DNA of 56,587 nucleotides, taken from the sequence record SRR22947727_1212. The stretch is one strand, 5' to 3'. Positions within the stretch are counted from its first letter, which is position 1, and every line of letters starts with the position of its first letter. The notes below the pieces were generated by a model, which had not been told where the DNA came from, did not search any database, and was given only the letters and a program-made list of their open reading frames with translations. A program made the position numbers and the translations under genes. This document shows positions 29,523 to 39,407 of the stretch, piece by piece.

Positions 29523-29911
29523 TACACTACAACTCTCTTGAAAATAGGTACAGATTTTCCACCTATTGTTTTTTCAAAATCAACCTCGACGATATCACCT
29601 ATCACAGGAACAGAAACTGAAATTAAATTTGAAACAATTCTTAAACCCTCATCAAGCTCAACCAGTATAACAAAAGGACTACTCTCAAATCCATAACTCG
29701 CTGGTCTTACTTGCTTAACCCAAGATATTACGACACCCCTTCCTGTTAGTCTTTGATGGGTTTTTTCAATGGAATGACATTTTGGACACATAGGGCGCGG
29801 TGGGTGCCAAAGAGTATTACAGGGTTCACATTTTTGAACTACAAATTTTCTTTGTTCGCAAGCCTCCCAAAAAAATGCAGTATCAATTCGTTTTATTGGA
29901 TCAGGCCGCAT
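29522..29911 (-). CDS. DUF35 Zn-ribbon/OB-fold protein (ChsH2 C-terminal-like)
   Basis: FFWEA, CEPC...HPPRPMCPKC, LVELDEG.RIVSN. Confidence 0.9.
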   Translation of the reverse strand: MRPDPIKRIDTAFFWEACEQRKFVVQKCEPCNTLWHPPRPMCPKCHSIEKTHQRLTGRGVVISWVKQVRPASYGFESSPFVILVELDEGLRIVSNLISVSVPVIGDIVEVDFEKTIGGKSVPIFKRVVV

Positions 29912-32329
29912 TTATAATCCCCATGGGTTTTTCATTTCTTTTTGTCCTGGAACAGGTGGGTCACATAGTATTGCAGTCTCATTAGCCATGCTTAATATAT
30001 CAGCTTCTGTATAACCAAGTTCTTCTAGTATTTCCTTTGTGCAGTCACCAACTATGAGGGGAGGACGGCTGATTACACCTGGAGTATCAGAAAGGTTATA
30101 TGTTAGTCCTATTTGCTCCAGCTTACCTACATGGCGATCATGGTACTCAACAGTCCATTTTTTAGTTTTATATTCCTTATTATCAAATAATCTTTTCGAA
30201 GCATTTTCATCTGATATTGCTGCTGGTATTCCAGCAGACTTCAAATCTATCATTAATTCTTTAGAACCTCGAGCAAGAAATGAACTAGATTTATTATCAC
30301 CCGCAAGAATATCGAAGGCTGACTTATGCTCTGGCCTTATAGCCGCAACTTGAATCCATTTATTATCTTCAGTTTGATAGAGCCTGTAATAATCACCATA
30401 ACCTGTTTGATCAAAATTAAGACGTGGCCTCTCCACTGGCGTACCATCAGGTTTAGAAACTGCATAACTCGTGTTTAATAAACAGGCATTAACAATCGAA
30501 GTGTCAACAAACTGACCTTTCCCAGTTCTTTCTCTCTCCATTAAAGCATTGCAAATACCTACAGCAGTTAGAAAACCATTCCCAGTGTCCCCAAGTGAAG
30601 TTAAAGACCAAATAGGAAATGTATCCTCACGACCAGTATACAAGGCGCCATCCTCATGCTGAATTCCTGATAAACAAGCTCCAGTTTGATCATTTCCAGG
30701 AAGGTTTTTTCTGGGACCTTCCTCAAAACCTCTTGAATGACAATAAATTAAACTTGGAAATTCATTTTTTAAAGTTTCATAATCAAGGCCTAGTCGTTGT
30801 GTGGCAGGGTAACGCATATTATGTTGAATAACATCACAAGTAGCAATTAATTTCTTAAGAGCTTCCATGCCTTTCGGATGCTTAAGCATGACAGCAAAAC
30901 TGCGTTTATTACGATTGGCCATCGCAGCTATATGACACTTATGCCAATAGCTATCCCACAAAGTATTCATTTTTATAACCTCGGCTCCCATGTCGCCTAA
31001 TAGCTGGCAGCCAAATGGACCGGCAATAGCAAGTCCTAAGTCTAAGACGCGAATACCTTCTAAAGGCCCCTTGCCTGTTGGTTCAGCAGGGAGTTTATGC
31101 ATACTTGGTTTTGGCAATGATTCTGCATATTTTTTTACAACATTTGTATCAGTACCTGATTTACGTGTTGGCCCCTTAACTTCACCCTGACTGTTAGATA
31201 AACGATAAGTTATACCTACCTGGTTGATTACACCTAGTTCGGGATCATCTATGGTCGTAACGCATTTGTCGGATATTAAGTATGGATCAGTCAAACTTTC
31301 CTCTATTGAACGACAGGGCTGCATTGTCATATTTCCATTAGCGGCAGCCTCTACCCATTCATCACAATTAAACTTTTTTACAGCATCAGCCAGGATAGGT
31401 TGATAATGCGCCATAACTAAAATTTCTTCTGGGCCTATACCAAATCTATCTGGATCATTTTGTACTGATAAATCTGGTGAAGCTTCCAAACTTTCTCCTT
31501 TTGATGCTTCCAAAATAAATCTTGGGTTAGGCACCCAGTTATGAAGCCATTTACCGTCAGCACATTTAAAGTGGCCTTTTGGAGATGAAGATCCCATAAT
31601 CCAAGTGTTGAACCCTTGTGCATCTATATCTTCAGCTCTTTGCCAAACCCCAGACCCACACGCCATTGCACCTTGAAGCAAACTTGTACTTACTCTTTGC
31701 CCTTTACCAGTTCTTTCACGAACAAATAAAGCTGCTGAAATACCTGTAAGTGCTGAGAAAAAGGCACCCATACTAGGCCATTTAGACGCCGTATGTAATG
31801 GCCCCTCTCTGTTAGCACCCTGCAATAGGTTAGGGTCAATATCAATTGCACCTGAAAATGGATCTTCACGTCCTGACATGTGATTTAAAGCACCTTCTGG
31901 CCACCCACGTTGCTCCCATTGAAGACCTGATTCAGCAGCTACTTCAGCATCGTAAGCAGACCTTGGGTCATCATCACCAAAAGCAGAAATAGAGCAATAT
32001 ATTAATCGTGGGTTTAGTACAGATAACTCATCATAGCTTAAACCTAGGTTTTTCATTTTTCCAGGAGTCATGCTTTCAATAAGCACATCTGCATCCGCGA
32101 CTAGCTTCTTAAATAACGCAAGATCTTCTTTGTTTTTAAAATCAAATATAGCATTTTTCTTACCTCTGTGCCAAACTTTATACCCTAGCATTTCTTGAAA
32201 GGGATCACCCTGAGGACGCTCTATACGAGTGACATCAGCTCCATGATCACCTAAAAGCATGCCAACCATGGGACCCGATATACCCCAAGATAGATCGAGA
32301 ACTTTAATACCGTTCAATACACCCGCCAT
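29912..32329 (-). CDS. Two-domain (fused) type III CoA transferase
   Basis: Two CaiB repeats: L.GIKVLDLSWGISGP and LEGIRVLDLGLAIAGP; two RTGKGQ motifs. Confidence 0.9.
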   Translation of the reverse strand: MAGVLNGIKVLDLSWGISGPMVGMLLGDHGADVTRIERPQGDPFQEMLGYKVWHRGKKNAIFDFKNKEDLALFKKLVADADVLIESMTPGKMKNLGLSYDELSVLNPRLIYCSISAFGDDDPRSAYDAEVAAESGLQWEQRGWPEGALNHMSGREDPFSGAIDIDPNLLQGANREGPLHTASKWPSMGAFFSALTGISAALFVRERTGKGQRVSTSLLQGAMACGSGVWQRAEDIDAQGFNTWIMGSSSPKGHFKCADGKWLHNWVPNPRFILEASKGESLEASPDLSVQNDPDRFGIGPEEILVMAHYQPILADAVKKFNCDEWVEAAANGNMTMQPCRSIEESLTDPYLISDKCVTTIDDPELGVINQVGITYRLSNSQGEVKGPTRKSGTDTNVVKKYAESLPKPSMHKLPAEPTGKGPLEGIRVLDLGLAIAGPFGCQLLGDMGAEVIKMNTLWDSYWHKCHIAAMANRNKRSFAVMLKHPKGMEALKKLIATCDVIQHNMRYPATQRLGLDYETLKNEFPSLIYCHSRGFEEGPRKNLPGNDQTGACLSGIQHEDGALYTGREDTFPIWSLTSLGDTGNGFLTAVGICNALMERERTGKGQFVDTSIVNACLLNTSYAVSKPDGTPVERPRLNFDQTGYGDYYRLYQTEDNKWIQVAAIRPEHKSAFDILAGDNKSSSFLARGSKELMIDLKSAGIPAAISDENASKRLFDNKEYKTKKWTVEYHDRHVGKLEQIGLTYNLSDTPGVISRPPLIVGDCTKEILEELGYTEADILSMANETAILCDPPVPGQKEMKNPWGL

Positions 32330-32366
32330 AGTACCCTTGCCTTATTGTAATTGTCACGCTAGGGAG

Positions 32367-32387
32367 TTTCCGAACGCTGTTCGAAAA
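32367..32387. promoter_or_regulatory. TetR-type operator TTTCCGAAC-GCT-GTTCGAAAA
   Basis: Second copy, between the divergent CoA transferase and ferredoxin; overlaps a minus-strand TTGACT-N16-TATTTT promoter candidate (TTGACT begins 32411). Confidence 0.8.
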
Positions 32388-32429
32388 TAGCTTTTGTAAT
32401 GCTACAGTCAAGATATAAAGAGAAGAAAG

Positions 32430-32744
32430 ATGCCAAAATTATATATTACCACCCCTACTGGGGAAAAACACATAATAGAAGCTGAAATAGGATGCTCAAT
32501 GATGGAAGCTTTAAATTCGGAAAGCTTAGTAGAAGGAACGTGTGGAGGTGCAGCAAGTTGTGGCACATGCCATGTTTACTTTAAAGACCCTGCAGTCGCA
32601 GGTGACCAGACTGAGGATGAAGGCTACATGCTTGAGGGATTGAGTGATTTTGTAGAAGTTAAAGAAAGTTCAAGGTTATCATGTCAAATAACACTATTAG
32701 ATATACATGATGGAGCAGAAATTGTGATTGCGCCAGAAGCTTAA
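32430..32744 (+). CDS. 2Fe-2S ferredoxin (putidaredoxin/adrenodoxin type)
   Basis: CGGAASCGTCH ... SRLSCQ. Confidence 0.95.
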   Translation: MPKLYITTPTGEKHIIEAEIGCSMMEALNSESLVEGTCGGAASCGTCHVYFKDPAVAGDQTEDEGYMLEGLSDFVEVKESSRLSCQITLLDIHDGAEIVIAPEA

Positions 32745-33610
32745 TGTTTGAGCAGCTTTCAACAACCATAAAAGGTGTTAATTTATCTGCTAAGTTTTAC
32801 GCTGCCTTAGGCGATAAAAAACCTTTCACTTTATTCTGTTTGCCTGGGGGCGGATCATCAGCTGAGTTCTTTGATTTGCATCCAGATTACAGCTTTGTAA
32901 AAAGAATGAATTCAGTAGGATATAACGTAATTACGATGGATCACCCCGGAACAGCGTCAAATCAACTTCCACTTAATCAGCCATTTTTAAAACCACGAAT
33001 TTCGGCGGAGTATATATCGTTAGCTTTAAATGAGTGGAATATAGGAAAACTTATAGGCGTTGGCCACTCCATGGGAGGGATGACAGTAACATTAATTCAA
33101 GCAAGATATAAGACTTTTGAAGCAATCGCACTATTGGGTTCTAATGCAGGAGGCCTAGACTGGGGGTTAAATGATCATGAAAAAACATATATTAATAAAC
33201 CTGAAAGATTTTCCAAAGATATAAAAAAGTTAGTTTATGCAAAATTTGGCTGCGAGTTTACAAAAATACCTTCGGGGCCCAGTGGTAACTCAATAACATT
33301 CGGCGGACAAACAGAAACATTAACTGCTCGGTTAAGAGAAATTTCATGCGAGCTTTATTCAGCAGGAGGGCTAATGAGCATGATAAAAGGTAGTTTTTCC
33401 AATGAAGTCAAAGCAATTGATACATCTATATTTTTTGCATGCGGCGACCATGACATCGGAATTCCTTCAGAAGAGATCGAAAAATATTATACAAATGCAT
33501 CGAATACGAAATTAATTATCCTTAAAGATACAGGTCACAATCACTTTGCTTTTGATTCAATTGGTTTTCTCTGTGAAAGTTTTGATTATTGGGCTTCTAG
33601 TCTAGCCTGA
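32744..33610 (+). CDS. Alpha/beta hydrolase
   Basis: PGGG oxyanion region, DHPG, GHSMGG nucleophile elbow, GDHD, GHNH. Confidence 0.85.
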   Translation: MFEQLSTTIKGVNLSAKFYAALGDKKPFTLFCLPGGGSSAEFFDLHPDYSFVKRMNSVGYNVITMDHPGTASNQLPLNQPFLKPRISAEYISLALNEWNIGKLIGVGHSMGGMTVTLIQARYKTFEAIALLGSNAGGLDWGLNDHEKTYINKPERFSKDIKKLVYAKFGCEFTKIPSGPSGNSITFGGQTETLTARLREISCELYSAGGLMSMIKGSFSNEVKAIDTSIFFACGDHDIGIPSEEIEKYYTNASNTKLIILKDTGHNHFAFDSIGFLCESFDYWASSLA

Positions 33611-34989
33611 TTATTAGTCAGCTTGTGATTTAACCAATATATTTCATAACTATTTTTAGTTGTATTATTAGCCTGCTTTAATAATTCTTTTAAAACAACA
33701 TTCTCAAAATCTAATACAGGGCCCTGATAATCATTATCAGCGAGCACAATTTCTATTAAGTGTAATGCTTTTAAAAATTCACTCCTATCAATGTATATTT
33801 GAATCAATTTTTGCATTTCTACAGTATCTATAATACCCAAAAGATCAGTATAAACATCACTTTGCGGAACAGCATATAACTCAGTAGTTTTATCAAAATG
33901 AAACCAAGTAGAATAATATTCCCAAATGGACTTTACAGCCCATGAAACTTTTCCATGCTCTTGAGAAATACTAAGTTCAGTGGGTAATTTTACTGTCCTC
34001 ATTAACTCTTCTACTGTTTGTCCATTATTCATTCCTTTTATGGTTTCGTTATGAACGTGTTGAGTGGCCCCAAGAATTTTTCTAAGCCCCTCGTCTATAA
34101 AAAATTTATTATCTATAGGCTCTTTGTGACTAGGGATGATCATTATCGGATCCAGATCAATTATTTTTTGAAGTGATTTTATGTACTCAAATGGTTTTCT
34201 TATTTTTTCACCTCGCATTGTGAAAATATTCGGGAACTGGGGAAAAAGAGGGCCGAAGAAATCACCAGAGAATAAAATTCTTCTCTGTGGAAGCCAAAGA
34301 ACAAGATTATCTGAACCCTCTGCACCAGATAAGGCATATATTTCAAAATCCATACCTCCTTTTGTAAACTTATAAGGTGAGTTATTATCTACTAAAAGTG
34401 TTGGCTTTACCCCGCCAGTTAATAGGAGATCTAATTTAGGAGGAGTTTCAGGCATCCAAGGAAATAATGTTCTATTTCTATTCCACAAATAAGTTTCTAA
34501 CTCTTTTAAATATCTTTGTTCTTCCTCAAATTCAACATGAGTGATAATTTGCATTCCATCTTTAAACCAAAACTTAAAACCACCCGTGTGGTCAGCATGT
34601 GAATGCGATAAAATTACATGAGATACATTTACCTCGGGATACACCTTACTTAATGCCGATATTTGCTTAGCCGCCTGTATAGAAAGACCTGTATCAAACA
34701 TGACATCTCCCTCAGAAGTTTTTATCACATGCGTGTTTCCAACACCTGTTATTTGCATAATATCTGGAGCAATTTTTCTGACTTCAATAGGAATATTTAT
34801 GAATTCAGCCGCAACTGAACCTTTAGCATTCGGATTACTAGAAATTCTATTCGATGCAATATCATCAATCTGGTTTACTAGTTTTAATTGAACAGTTTTT
34901 TTAAAGTTAGGCGAAAAATTAAATATTAGAAAAAAACCCATTAAAAAAATTAATATTAAAAAAAAAGTATATTTGAACGCTTTAATCAT
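33586..34989 (-). CDS. MBL-fold alkyl/aryl sulfatase (SdsA1/Pisa1-like), membrane-anchored
   Basis: SHSHADHTGG, PNIFTMRG, PSH, dimerisation-like HGKVSWAVKSIWEYY..WF; N-terminal TM. Confidence 0.75.
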   Translation of the reverse strand: MIKAFKYTFFLILIFLMGFFLIFNFSPNFKKTVQLKLVNQIDDIASNRISSNPNAKGSVAAEFINIPIEVRKIAPDIMQITGVGNTHVIKTSEGDVMFDTGLSIQAAKQISALSKVYPEVNVSHVILSHSHADHTGGFKFWFKDGMQIITHVEFEEEQRYLKELETYLWNRNRTLFPWMPETPPKLDLLLTGGVKPTLLVDNNSPYKFTKGGMDFEIYALSGAEGSDNLVLWLPQRRILFSGDFFGPLFPQFPNIFTMRGEKIRKPFEYIKSLQKIIDLDPIMIIPSHKEPIDNKFFIDEGLRKILGATQHVHNETIKGMNNGQTVEELMRTVKLPTELSISQEHGKVSWAVKSIWEYYSTWFHFDKTTELYAVPQSDVYTDLLGIIDTVEMQKLIQIYIDRSEFLKALHLIEIVLADNDYQGPVLDFENVVLKELLKQANNTTKNSYEIYWLNHKLTNNQARLEAQ

Positions 34990-36553
34990 ATTCGATTAGC
35001 CCTTTATCAGTATGACGGTTTTGTAAAATTTTCGCACGCATCCCAGAAACATATGTATTATAACCCTCGCTCTGAAGATTTGCCGTTGGCGTCACATTTT
35101 CAGCATAGTCCTTAGGTGCTCTCCATCCTGGGTGCGGTGACAAAGCCACACGTACTCCATTTATTGGATGATTACTTCTCCATTTACGAATTTTTTCACT
35201 CATATTTTTTACTCGCGATGGATAATCTTTCACTAAGTTTTTTTCTTCCTCAGGATCAGAAATAATATCAAAAAGAAAGTTTTCAATCTCAGTTGATTGA
35301 GACTTATGGTCGATAATTTGAACGAGTTTCCATTTTTCTTCTAAAACCGCCAAGTGATACTTATTAAAAATTGGAGAATTTGATGCAAAGTAAAGATCCC
35401 CATTCCTTAAGTCCTGACCTGAATTGATAATGGCGCCTAATCGGCTCTGTCCGTCCAAAGGTTTTTTATTCAGCATAGGAATATTAACTAAATCAGATAA
35501 AGTTGGATAAACATCTAAAACAGAAACAACGTTGTTTGTACGCGATCCACCTGTAATACGGCCCGGCCATTTCATCAATGCATTAACACGAATACCGCCT
35601 TCAAAGGTTTCTAATTTCCCCCCCTTGAAAGGACTATTATCGGCACCAAATGCCTTTAAACCGCCATTATCACTGAAGAAAAAAACTAGAGTATTATTTT
35701 CTAAACCTTCCTCTTCTAAAGATTGCAATATATCCCCAATAGCTTGGTCAAGGCTATCGACCATTGCAGCATAGGTGCGTTTAGGGAACGGTCGATTAGA
35801 CCTAGATTTATACTTATTTTCTAACTCTATTGGGGCTTGCATTGGAGCGTGTGGTGAAAGGAAGGGAACATACATAAAGAAAGGTCTTTCAGTATCACGG
35901 ATTTCTTTAATAAATTTAACTGCTTCTTCTGCATGGAGGTCAGTCGCGTATTGATTGGAGCCCTTAAATGATAAACCATTTACTTGTAAGTCATACCCCC
36001 CCGCTACTGTATAGTCATAATAGTCTATTTGGGTATTTAAGTGACCAAAAAAATAATCAAAGCCTCGTGAATTAGGAAGTAAAGGTTCAGTTGTATGACC
36101 TAAATGCCATTTCCCAATCATAGCGGTTTGATACCCTGCTGCTTGAAAAGTTTCTGGCATAAAATGTTCTTCTGGAGATACACCGCCATTTTGCCAAGGC
36201 TGAAAACCCGCATAAACCGTACCTAATCTCATGGGATCTCTCCCAGTCATTAAAGCGCTTCTTGTTGGAGTACAAATTGGCATCGAATAAAACCGGTTGA
36301 GTGTAAGACCTTCCTTTGCAAGACTATCAATATTGGGTGTCTGAATATCGCTCCCCCGATAACTTAAGTCGGCCCACCCAAGATCGTCGGCCAGTAAAAT
36401 AACAATATTTGGCAATTGTGAGTTTGCAGATAATGTATTTGTAGTTAAAGATTTATCGGTTTTAACTTCAGAAACTTGGTCATTACTTTCTTCAATACTT
36501 AAATTACAAGCTGATATATAGATCATACAAAAAAAGAAGAAAATTAGTCGCAT
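34982..36553 (-). CDS. Formylglycine-dependent (aryl)sulfatase, lipoprotein
   Basis: PNIVILLADDLGW, CTPTRSALMTGR, GKWHLG, FSDNG, KGGK...EGG.RV; lipobox ISAC. Confidence 0.9.
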   Translation of the reverse strand: MRLIFFFFCMIYISACNLSIEESNDQVSEVKTDKSLTTNTLSANSQLPNIVILLADDLGWADLSYRGSDIQTPNIDSLAKEGLTLNRFYSMPICTPTRSALMTGRDPMRLGTVYAGFQPWQNGGVSPEEHFMPETFQAAGYQTAMIGKWHLGHTTEPLLPNSRGFDYFFGHLNTQIDYYDYTVAGGYDLQVNGLSFKGSNQYATDLHAEEAVKFIKEIRDTERPFFMYVPFLSPHAPMQAPIELENKYKSRSNRPFPKRTYAAMVDSLDQAIGDILQSLEEEGLENNTLVFFFSDNGGLKAFGADNSPFKGGKLETFEGGIRVNALMKWPGRITGGSRTNNVVSVLDVYPTLSDLVNIPMLNKKPLDGQSRLGAIINSGQDLRNGDLYFASNSPIFNKYHLAVLEEKWKLVQIIDHKSQSTEIENFLFDIISDPEEEKNLVKDYPSRVKNMSEKIRKWRSNHPINGVRVALSPHPGWRAPKDYAENVTPTANLQSEGYNTYVSGMRAKILQNRHTDKGLIEYD

Positions 36554-36607
36554 TATATTAATTCTTTCAAGTTTTTAAATAAAATAAAACCTAAGCGTAA
36601 AAGTTAT

Positions 36608-36637
36608 AAAAAAAAGGCTGCCAAATAGACAGCCTTT
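36608..36637 (-). terminator. Rho-independent terminator after the TonB receptor gene
   Basis: Minus strand AGGCTGTC-tattt-GGCAGCCT followed by a T-run, about 25 nt after the stop codon. Confidence 0.75.
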
Positions 36638-36661
36638 AGTAGTTTAGATATTGCAGCTATC

Positions 36662-39259
36662 TTAGAATGTTAATCCAGCTGTGATACCATATGATCTAGG
36701 CTGACCGTATACATTAGTTCGATAAGCAAACGTCTCAAATGGTAGTGAGTCTACTAGATACTCTTCATCAAGGAGGTTTGTACCCCAAAGAGCTATTGTA
36801 GCTTTAGCACCATTACTAGTGTCAAAACTCATACCAATTCTACCGCTCACAAGGTCGATGGCAGGGAGACGAAGTGCACTTTCCGGAATAGCAAGAATAT
36901 CATCTTTATGGCTAAATGTTAGGTTACCAAAGAGATCTTTGTTACCTAACTTTCCATTGTAATCAATTGCCATCATGTAGGAATTTTTAGGCGTTCCCTG
37001 TAACTCGGGATAGCTTCTTACATCAGCTGGATTGAGTGGGTTAACTGTATCACCGGCAGTACCATCTATGTAGGCATAGCTACCGCGGGCTGTGAAGTTA
37101 TCATTTAAAACAAATGTTCCATCTACTTCGAAACCATAAACCTCATCATCTGTGTTCACTATAGCGCGCTCAGTAGCGATCAGTGGATTAGTAGCGAATG
37201 TTACCTGCTTATTAGCAAAATCATAATAATAAGCAGCTGCATTAATACGAACATTATCCCCAAAGTCTCCTTTAAATCCACCCTCGTAAGCAGTTATGTC
37301 TTCACGTTGGAATGTAAAGTCAGCACTGTAGGTTTGGCCTGGTATACGAAAACCAGCTGAAGATGCATTAAAACCACCTGAACGGAAGCTCTCTTTATAA
37401 CTGGCATATATCATTACATCATCATTTGCGTCCCATTCCAATGTTACAGATGGATCTAGAACATCATCATCAAAGCTCGCTTCATTAGGAGCAATAACAT
37501 TTCCTGTAAGGGTTACATTATCATTAAAGAATGCAGACTGCATTTGACCTACACCATCCTTACTTTCATCTGAGTAACGCAAACCAGCAGTTATACGAAA
37601 GTCATCCGAAACATGATATGTTCCCTGAGCATAAAGCGCTAAGGCAGTGGTATCAATTTGAAGAGAATTTGTCGTAGTCTGCATAGTGCTATTGAGAGCT
37701 ACTGATAATGTCGGCAAACAAAAGTTGTTTGCAGCTGATGGAGCACTCGTACAAGTGGTGCCATTACCAACTAACTGTGTTAAGAGCGGAAAAGCTTGAG
37801 CCGCTAGTGGACCTTGAAGGAATGATAGAAGCACTCCAGCTGCTGGGATCGGACCCATAGCAGCTGCAGGAACACCTAGACCACCTAGAAATCCAGTAAT
37901 GTTAGGAGCTGTAACGCGCGGATCAAACTGTCCAAGAACAAATAGATAGTCGTTTGCATTAGCTAAGTTTTGAGTTACTGGAGAACCAGTTTCTTCATCA
38001 AAGAAAAATGCTCCTGCTGTGTATTCTAATTTACCGTCATTAGTTTCGCCGGTGTAAGTCGCCTCTAAGCTAAACTGATTGTGGTCTGGTAAATTTGCAC
38101 TTCCGCCAGGAGGTGACAAGAATAGTCCACGATCTGGAACAGATCCGTCAAACTGAGAACCAAAGTCCGGGCGAAGTGGTTGTTGAGTAGCCCCAAAAGC
38201 AAATGGTAAGGCTCCTAAAGCCTGATTAAATCCGCCTGTTATAGCATTAATAACAGCAGGGTTTGCAGTTGGAATTAAGGCAACAAATCTTGAGCTTTCA
38301 ACTTCTCTATAAGCCGCTGTAAGCTTCACAACATGGTTTTCAGCTGGACTCCATGTTCCAATTGCTGAAACGCCTTGCGTGACAAGGTCACCCGCCTCGT
38401 TTGTAAATGATGTTGTTACGTCTTCTTGTCTACCATCATCGAAAGTAGAAATAGCAGGAGCAAACAAACCAGCCCCAAGATCAGTTACTGATTGATAGAA
38501 AATTGGTTCTGCTTCAGTTTTATTATAATCAGCAGCTAGGTCCAAACGGAAAGCGTCAGAAAACTCAACACCAAATGCACCGCGCATACCGTATTTTTTC
38601 TCACCGCCAAAATCTGCGCCTGGGCCACTATTTTTTACCCAACCGCTTCTATCCATATAAGAACCAGAGAGCCTTACAGCAGCCTTGTCACCCATTGGTA
38701 GATTTACTGCGCCTGAAACTTTTTTATGGTCGTAATTACCATATTCGGCGTTAATTTTTCCAGAAAGCTCGCCTGGATTTGGGGTCGCTGATACAAGGTT
38801 AATGGCGCCAGCAACTGTGTTACGTCCATATAAGGTACCTTGAGGGCCTTTTAAGATTTCAATTCTAGCAAGGTCTGGCATATCAATACCCAAACCTTGA
38901 GTTTTGCCCAGATATACACCATCCTGATAAATGGCGACACGACTGTCCTGACCTACTTGAGGGTCATAGGTACCTATACCTCTAATACTTACCCTAACAC
39001 CGTTCGGGTCAGCGGGGTTATTTGTTACATAAAGGCCCGGCGTAAAAGTGCCAATATCTTGTAACCCTTCTATCCGATTAGTTTCTAAATCCTCTAAGTC
39101 AAATGCTGTGATTGCTACAGGTACATCTTGTAAATTTTCTGACTTCTTCTGCGCTGTCACAATAATTTCATCCAACTGCGCAAAAGCAGGAGCGCTTATT
39201 GCTAGCAGTGAGGTTGATAAGGCTAAAGCCGTTAAACCCTTAATAGTTCGTGATGACAT
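36662..39259 (-). CDS. TonB-dependent receptor
   Basis: Signal peptide ending AFA, TonB box LDEIIVTAQK, plug RIEILKGPQGTLYGRN, C-terminal PRSYGITAGLTF. Start taken at MSSRT 39259 (GGGG SD). Confidence 0.95.
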   Translation of the reverse strand: MSSRTIKGLTALALSTSLLAISAPAFAQLDEIIVTAQKKSENLQDVPVAITAFDLEDLETNRIEGLQDIGTFTPGLYVTNNPADPNGVRVSIRGIGTYDPQVGQDSRVAIYQDGVYLGKTQGLGIDMPDLARIEILKGPQGTLYGRNTVAGAINLVSATPNPGELSGKINAEYGNYDHKKVSGAVNLPMGDKAAVRLSGSYMDRSGWVKNSGPGADFGGEKKYGMRGAFGVEFSDAFRLDLAADYNKTEAEPIFYQSVTDLGAGLFAPAISTFDDGRQEDVTTSFTNEAGDLVTQGVSAIGTWSPAENHVVKLTAAYREVESSRFVALIPTANPAVINAITGGFNQALGALPFAFGATQQPLRPDFGSQFDGSVPDRGLFLSPPGGSANLPDHNQFSLEATYTGETNDGKLEYTAGAFFFDEETGSPVTQNLANANDYLFVLGQFDPRVTAPNITGFLGGLGVPAAAMGPIPAAGVLLSFLQGPLAAQAFPLLTQLVGNGTTCTSAPSAANNFCLPTLSVALNSTMQTTTNSLQIDTTALALYAQGTYHVSDDFRITAGLRYSDESKDGVGQMQSAFFNDNVTLTGNVIAPNEASFDDDVLDPSVTLEWDANDDVMIYASYKESFRSGGFNASSAGFRIPGQTYSADFTFQREDITAYEGGFKGDFGDNVRINAAAYYYDFANKQVTFATNPLIATERAIVNTDDEVYGFEVDGTFVLNDNFTARGSYAYIDGTAGDTVNPLNPADVRSYPELQGTPKNSYMMAIDYNGKLGNKDLFGNLTFSHKDDILAIPESALRLPAIDLVSGRIGMSFDTSNGAKATIALWGTNLLDEEYLVDSLPFETFAYRTNVYGQPRSYGITAGLTF

Positions 39260-39407
39260 ATGTGTTTCCCCTTGTGTAGTACCAGGCATTCTTGCCCATA
39301 TCATTATTTACACTACTTCATTTTAAAAAAGTGCGCAATGGAATACTCGCAAGAAAAATGTAAAAAAATGCGCGTTTTACAATAAAAAGGGTCTTAAAAT
39401 GTTATTT

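Noticed and set aside
36594-36623. AGCGTA upstream of the sulfatase as another N18 operator
   Set aside because: There is no matching second half-site; that position falls in the terminator stem.
39331-39375. TGCGCA / CTCGCA / TGCGCG as a secondary operator upstream of the TBDR
   Set aside because: These resemble half-sites but do not fit the 18-nt spacing cleanly, so they were not counted.
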